From NCBI RefSeq assembly GCF_009914755.1, contig NC_060927.1: a DNA stretch of 64,000 bases; one strand, given 5' to 3'. The number at the start of each line of letters is the position of its first letter. Position 1 is the first letter of the stretch. The translations under genes were made by a program, and so were the position numbers. Positions 57,396 through 64,000 of the stretch are shown in pieces. The notes beneath the pieces are model-generated. The model saw only the letters and a list, made by a program, of their open reading frames with translations. It had not been told where the DNA came from and made no database searches. Source of the stretch: the human T2T-CHM13v2.0 reference genome, Homo sapiens.

Positions 57396-58068
57396 GTTAA
57401 CTGTGTTTGAAGGGTGGGGGCAGAGGGTAGAGAAATATGTGAGGAAACAAACTGAAGAATTCAGTTCTACAATGGTATCTACGTGACCATGAAGGTGTCA
57501 AAATCAACTTTTTCTTTACTTCATAATATCTAAGTACAGTTTTTATTTCTAAATTCATTACTTTTATTCATTATTACAGGCAATTCACAACTCATGATTG
57601 ACTGCTATCTAAAATTTTGCCTTTAGGGTTAGTTGTTGGAAATTTGAAAAACATTTTCACATCAAACTCTCTGCTGGGTTATGCTGTGGATGCCCACATA
57701 ATTTGTTATCTAAAAGCAGTCACTATTGCTTGGGTCAAATGCTAAATGGGACAGAACACTGGAAACAGGCATGAGCTGGGGTACAAGAAACACCTCCTCC
57801 CTATACCAAATCGCCAGTGCTTCAGTGAGAGGGGCAGGGGTGGGAGATGGGAAAGTTAAGGAGGGAAGGATGGAACCATGTGTCTGCTCCACAGCAGCTT
57901 CTAGGGAAAGCCACTGCCTGGCAAAACCTGATACTGCTCCTTGCACCATAAGCTAATTGTCTTCCTAACTGGCTCCTCTTCTGGGGACCTTTCTGCAGAA
58001 AGAAAGGGATGGAGGATTTCCTTCTCCTAAAGTCAACAAGCAGCTCACCTAAGGATCCTTCTAAGACA

Positions 58069-58289
58069 CAGTTTCCCAAATGGGAGCAATTTTGCCACCC
58101 AGAGGACATACGTCAATGTGTAGAGACAATTTTGGTTGTCATAACTGAAGGGAGACGGAGTGGGGCTACCAGCATCTACTGAGTAGAGGTCAGGGTTTCT
58201 GCTAAACATCCCAGAATGCACGGGACAGCCCCATAACAAAGAATTGTCCATCCCAAAATGCCTTTAGTGCCAAGGTTGAGAAACCTTGC
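58069..58289. mobile_element. MER20 (hAT-Charlie)
   Basis: ttttggttgtcataactg...ccaaggttgagaaacc. Confidence 0.85.
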
Positions 58290-58574
58290 ACTGAAGGTTT
58301 GTACTACCAGTTGCAACAAATAATCAGGCAAGAAGAAAGTAGGCTGAGGGATAGGTGTGGACCAGGAAGGAAAGAGAATAATAAAGAAAAACGCCAAGAA
58401 AGTCAACAAAGGGAAGGGATTTCCTATGTTCATCCTGCCAGGGTAGGGGGGTTCTGAATGGTTATTTCATGTGAGGAACACATATGAGCCAAGCACTGTA
58501 AACGAGGCCTCTTTATATAAGGAATTACCAAGTAAATTTAAAAGGAGCTTTTTTCAAAAGCTGCCAGAACTGAC

Positions 58575-58669
58575 CGTGGAGCGATAGTCTTTCAATAAAA
58601 TAGGATACTGTATTATTGCTTCAAAAGCTGACAATGTGATCTTGATAAATTCTTCTGATGCTGTCAGTC
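58575..58669 (-). CDS. ULK4: ULK4 coding exon, 95 nt, phase 1-0 (GLTASEEFIKITLSAFEAIIQYPILLKDYRST)
   Basis: Acceptor tttctag|GACTG, donor ACG|gtcagt; 102-nt intron to the previous exon. Confidence 0.95.
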
Positions 58670-58771
58670 CTAGAAATACAGTTAATTATTATAGGTGTTT
58701 ATTTACATGTTCTAAATCATAATATCAAAGTACCTCAAACAAAGACACAAAATGTTCCAGGGTCTACTCAC

Positions 58772-58823
58772 CTATGGCTCCATCTATGTTCGTTTCTCCT
58801 GAGTCTACAGATTTAATATGACT
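58772..58823 (-). CDS. ULK4: ULK4 coding exon, 52 nt, phase 0-1 (SHIKSVDSGETNIDGAI/G); probably exon ~26
   Basis: Acceptor ttttcag|AGTCAT, donor ATAG|gtgagt; in frame with the next exon. Confidence 0.95.
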
Positions 58824-59020
58824 CTGAAAAAAAATAAATTTTTAATAAATAGAGTTTCAAAGTAACTCTGAAATAAAATATAGGTAGTTTACATTTTGCC
58901 CAAAACTGTACCTATTGTTTTTAATAACTCATAGACAGTATTAAATACTCTATACATATTATATTATTATAGTTACAAAAGTATATTAAATAATATACAT
59001 AAAGTCTAAACAATAATCTC

Positions 59021-59276
<256 letters not shown>

Positions 59277-59865
59277 AATCATTTTTAAATATACAAATCA
59301 CTATCAATGAGATTTAATGTTGGAATAAAGTCAATGTTAACATAAGCATTTACGAAAGTGAGAATAATATAACTGATACATAACCATGTCCAATAATACA
59401 CCACAATTACTTGCTCGCCATATCAGAAGAGAGTTCGAATGGCACCTAACCAGGGAAAACAGTCATCTCAAAGGAAGGTCAATCAAGCTTTAGCTACCCT
59501 GAGTACAAACTGTGTCAAGATAGTAGTTTCGCTCTCAAGGCCTGTCTTCAAATTTCGCCACTGTTTTGAGTTCCTCCTAGATACCTCTTATTCCAACCCC
59601 CTTATCTGCGCTCCCATGCACCATGCTAGTGCCTCCTTTGCCGGATGACTCCCATTGCTGTTTGAGAGGAAGGCCTTAGTAGCTCGGCTGTGAGCTCTGA
59701 GGCCTCAGCTCCCCAGATGAATGAGCTTCCTGGTCTCTGGCCAAATGCTCTGGACAGAAAAGGTACTCCATGACAATGAAACAATCACTGCCATGCTAGG
59801 CAGAGCACCCATGTTACTGACAGCAAGAACGCTGCAACGGAGTTCTTGCCACTAATAAACAAAAT

Positions 59866-59969
59866 AATATATATATATTTATATATATATTTAATATATA
59901 TATTTATATATATTAAATATATATAATTAAATATATATTAAACAAAATAACATATATTATTTTATATAT
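59866..59969. repeat. AT-rich palindromic repeat
   Basis: Seen directly. Confidence 0.9.
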
Positions 59970-60063
59970 GGTAACAAATAGCAAATAAAACATAAGATGA
60001 CCTCGGAACTAAAAAGTAACTAAGTATAAGCGATTAGCCCACAGTAGAAATTGGTCTAACATA

Positions 60064-60459
<396 letters not shown>

Positions 60460-60729
60460 TTACAAAGAAAACCCTTAAACCCACTACTCAAGTTAAGAAC
60501 TAAGACATTTCCAATTGGTTGTATAAACTCCCCCATCCCATCTGCCTACCTCACTTCCAGAGATAACCACTATCATGTATTTATCATTTTCTTGGTTTTC
60601 TTAAAATAGTTTTAACACATATACATGTGTCCCTAAATAGTATATTGTTTGTGTATTTTTGAATCTTACTGAAATTATACCAAGCTATACATAGTTCATA
60701 CAAACAGAAGAGTAACCATTAAAATGCTA

Positions 60730-62385
60730 GAAAACATAAGACCTGAAATTGCAAAACAACTAGAGAAAAACAAAGGGGTAAACCTCCATGACATTGGTCT
60801 GGGCAATAATTTTTTTAGATCGGACCCAAACACACAAGCAACAAAAGCAAAAGTAGACAAATGGGATTACATCAACATAAAAAGCTTCTGCACCCTGAAG
60901 GAAACAACAGAGTGAAGAGACAACTTACGGAATGGGAAAAAAATATTTGTAAACCACATATCTATGAGGGGGTGAATATGCAAAATATATAAAGAACTCA
61001 ACTCAATAGTAAGAAGGCAAATAACCCAATGTTTTCAAATGGTCAGGCCAGGTGAAGTGGCTCACACCTACAATCCCAGCACTGTGAGAGGCCAAATCAG
61101 GAGGATAATCTGAGGCCAGGAGTTTGAGACCAGCTTGGGCAACATAGCAAGACTGTCTCCGCAGAAAAATAAAAAATTAGCCAAGCATGGTGGCATGCAC
61201 CTGTAGCCTTAGCTACTCAGAGGCTGAGGTGGAGGATCACTCGGGCCCAGGAGATCAAGGCTGCAGTGGGCTATGACGGTATCCCTGCACTCCAGCCTGG
61301 GTGACAGGGCAAGACCTTGTCTCCAAAAAAAGAAAAAAAAAAAAGTCAAAGGATTGAATAGACATTACTCGAAAGAAGATATACAAATGGTCAATAGGTA
61401 TATGAAAAAATGCTCAACATCACTAACCAGGGAAAGGAAAATTAAAACTATAATGAGATATCACTTCACATCCATAAGAATGGCTATTATCAAAAAGATA
61501 AAAGATAACAAGGACCAGTGAGGATGTATAGAAAAGGGAACTCTTGCACACTGTCGGTGGGAATGTAAACTAGTACAGCCATTATGAAAAATACTATGAA
61601 AATTCTTCAAAAAAATTAAAAATATAAGTACCATATGATTAAGCAATCCAACTACTGAAATAAATACATATACATATATATATATATTTCCAAAGGAAAT
61701 TAAATCAGTATGTTGAAGAAATATCTGCACTCCCATGTTCACTGCAGCTTTCTTCACAATAGTCAAGATATAGAATCAACTCAACTGTCCATCAACAGAT
61801 GAACGGATTTTTTAAATGTGGCAAATATACACGATGGAATTGTTTTAAAAAGGAAATCCTGTCATTTGTGGCAACATGGATAAACCTAGAGAACATTATG
61901 TAAGTGAAAGGAGCCAGGCACAGAAAGACAAATATCATGTGGTCTCACTTACAGGTGGGAACTAAAAAAGTTGAACTCAGAAGTAGAGAAGAGATGGCAG
62001 TTACCAGGGACTGGGGGTAGGGGAAAGACATTGGTCAAAGGACACAAAATTTTGATTATATAGAGGGAATAAGGTATCAAGAGATCTAAAGTAAAGATCT
62101 GGGATTACACGCCTATAATCCCAGCTACTTGGGAGGCTGAGGAATGAGAATTGCTGGAACCCACGAAACAGAGGTTGCAGTAGGTGAGTATAGTTAATAA
62201 AGATGTAGTCCTGAAAATTGGTAATAGATTTCAAGTTTTCTCACCACAAAAACAAATATGTGAAGTAACAGATATGTTTATTAGCTCAATTTAGCCATTC
62301 CACAATGTACACATATTTCAAAACAATCTGTTGTACACAATAAATGTATACAATTCTTATTCATCAATTTAAAATTAAATTTTAA
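60730..62385 (+). mobile_element. L1MA 3' portion, with an AluJ at 61027-61345 and an Alu fragment at 62099-62181
   Basis: QATKAKVDKWDYINIKSFCT; [21 protein letters not shown]. Confidence 0.85.
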
Positions 62386-62853
62386 AATGTTTTTAAAAAG
62401 AATGTTTTAAAGTTATAGGAAAATACTTAAATGCAACCTATGTTTTTTAAAGGTAGAATACAAATCTATGGATACAGAAGGTCTCAACCATATTTATTTG
62501 TGTATGTCACATACATGTTATAGATACATAAACAATTGTTTCTACAATACAAATGCATCTATATGAATGGAAAACGTAAGAAAACAACAATATGTTAACA
62601 ATGGTTGTCTCCTAGTGTAGAGTTACAGATAATTTTATTTTCTTCAAATTTCACTACACTTTTCCACATTTTCTTTAATAAGCATGAATTATAATTTAAA
62701 TAAATAAGCATAAATTACCTTTAAAATAAGAAAAAAAAACTTAAAGACATTTATTGTCTAGGTTATAAAGAAAATCAGAAAGCCTATAAAATGCAAGCCC
62801 TTTAAAAAGTGAAAACAGAGGACATCTTCAATTCTTTTTTGGTCTACAAATAA

Positions 62854-63180
<327 letters not shown>

Positions 63181-64000
63181 GAGTTAATTTTTAAAAGCAG
63201 CAATGTATGCTTTTCATGATAATTTTATTAAAATTATTTCACATAATTCCAAAATGGACACATAACTTTTATCGAATAAAATATAAATTTGATGTTGAAT
63301 AAGAAACTCAGAGAGAGAGATCTTTTGACTTAAACACATGTACGTAAATGTCTACGGATTACTAAGTAAAGAAGACACAGAGTAGTGTACGTAACAACAA
63401 TCCCTTCTGTGTAATTCTCTTAAAAATATACACATAATACACAAATGCTGGTGATGTGAACAATAATTTTTGTGGAAGAGATCACAGGAAAGGACAAGCA
63501 CTGCTTCCTTTGGGAACCTGAGGAGGTATGCTTCACTGCCTTTTCTGCCTTTCTCTTCCCTTGCGACTTTTTAACCACTCACATGTACTGTCTTTTTCAC
63601 ATATATATATATAAATAAAGCTTGTCTAAATGCTGAAATTATTATTAATTATTTATTATGAAGAATTATGGGCTTATTTTATTTCCTACCTTATACTTCC
63701 CCTATTTAATTTTTTAAAAATTCCCACAAATTTTTCATTCATTTACCAATTTCAATATTTTTTGATATATTTCTTCCTTCTCATTCTCAGTGTAATAGGG
63801 AGTAATGAGGTGAGAGTGAGGACGGGGTAGTAGGCATTGGAGATTCAAGGAGAAAGGAACATATAGTCATTGGCTGATGTGAATTTTAAGAGAGACCTGT
63901 CATTTGCACTGTTTCCCCCTCCCCTGCCCCCAGCCATATTTAGCCACTCAAAGCAGGGCTAGGGTAGGTGGAGACTTAAATTTAACTAGCATTAAGATTT

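Noticed and set aside
58670-58771. In-frame retention of the 102-nt intron
   Set aside because: A TAG occurs within the first three codons of the retained intron

Overview
This is primate, almost certainly human, genomic DNA from inside the ULK4 gene on the minus strand. Five coding exons (52, 95, 52, 145 and 93 nt, all GT-AG) splice into one continuous frame, SHIKSVDSGETNIDGAIG...PILLKDYRSTVVDYILPPLVSLVQSQNVEWRLFSLRLLSE...LLPQYEHILLEPDPVPAYALKLLVAMTEHNPTFTR, which I recognise as the C-terminal HEAT/ARM region of ULK4. The rest is repeat-dense intron. It holds the 5' end of a sense-oriented L1PA3/4 (premature stop in ORF1, long open ORF0, ZNF93 segment retained), about 25 Alus, several solo LTRs (MER52, MER74, MER77, MER21, MER110, MER50, LTR13, MLT/MST), a TSD-bounded non-autonomous ERV1 provirus, DNA transposon fossils and old L1/L2. 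Almost all other ORFs in the track are repeat-derived noise. I see no convincing new multi-gene system. The best leads are a tRNA-Glu-like Pol III cassette inside the provirus, a MER2 that appears to have captured foreign L2 DNA, an extended ORF0, and RNA-processing signals around the 93-nt exon (recursive-splice-like start, intronic polyA, inverted Alus suited to circRNA formation). Repeat subfamily names come from recalled consensus sequences and need RepeatMasker/Dfam confirmation. Repeat boundaries are approximate unless a TSD is given.
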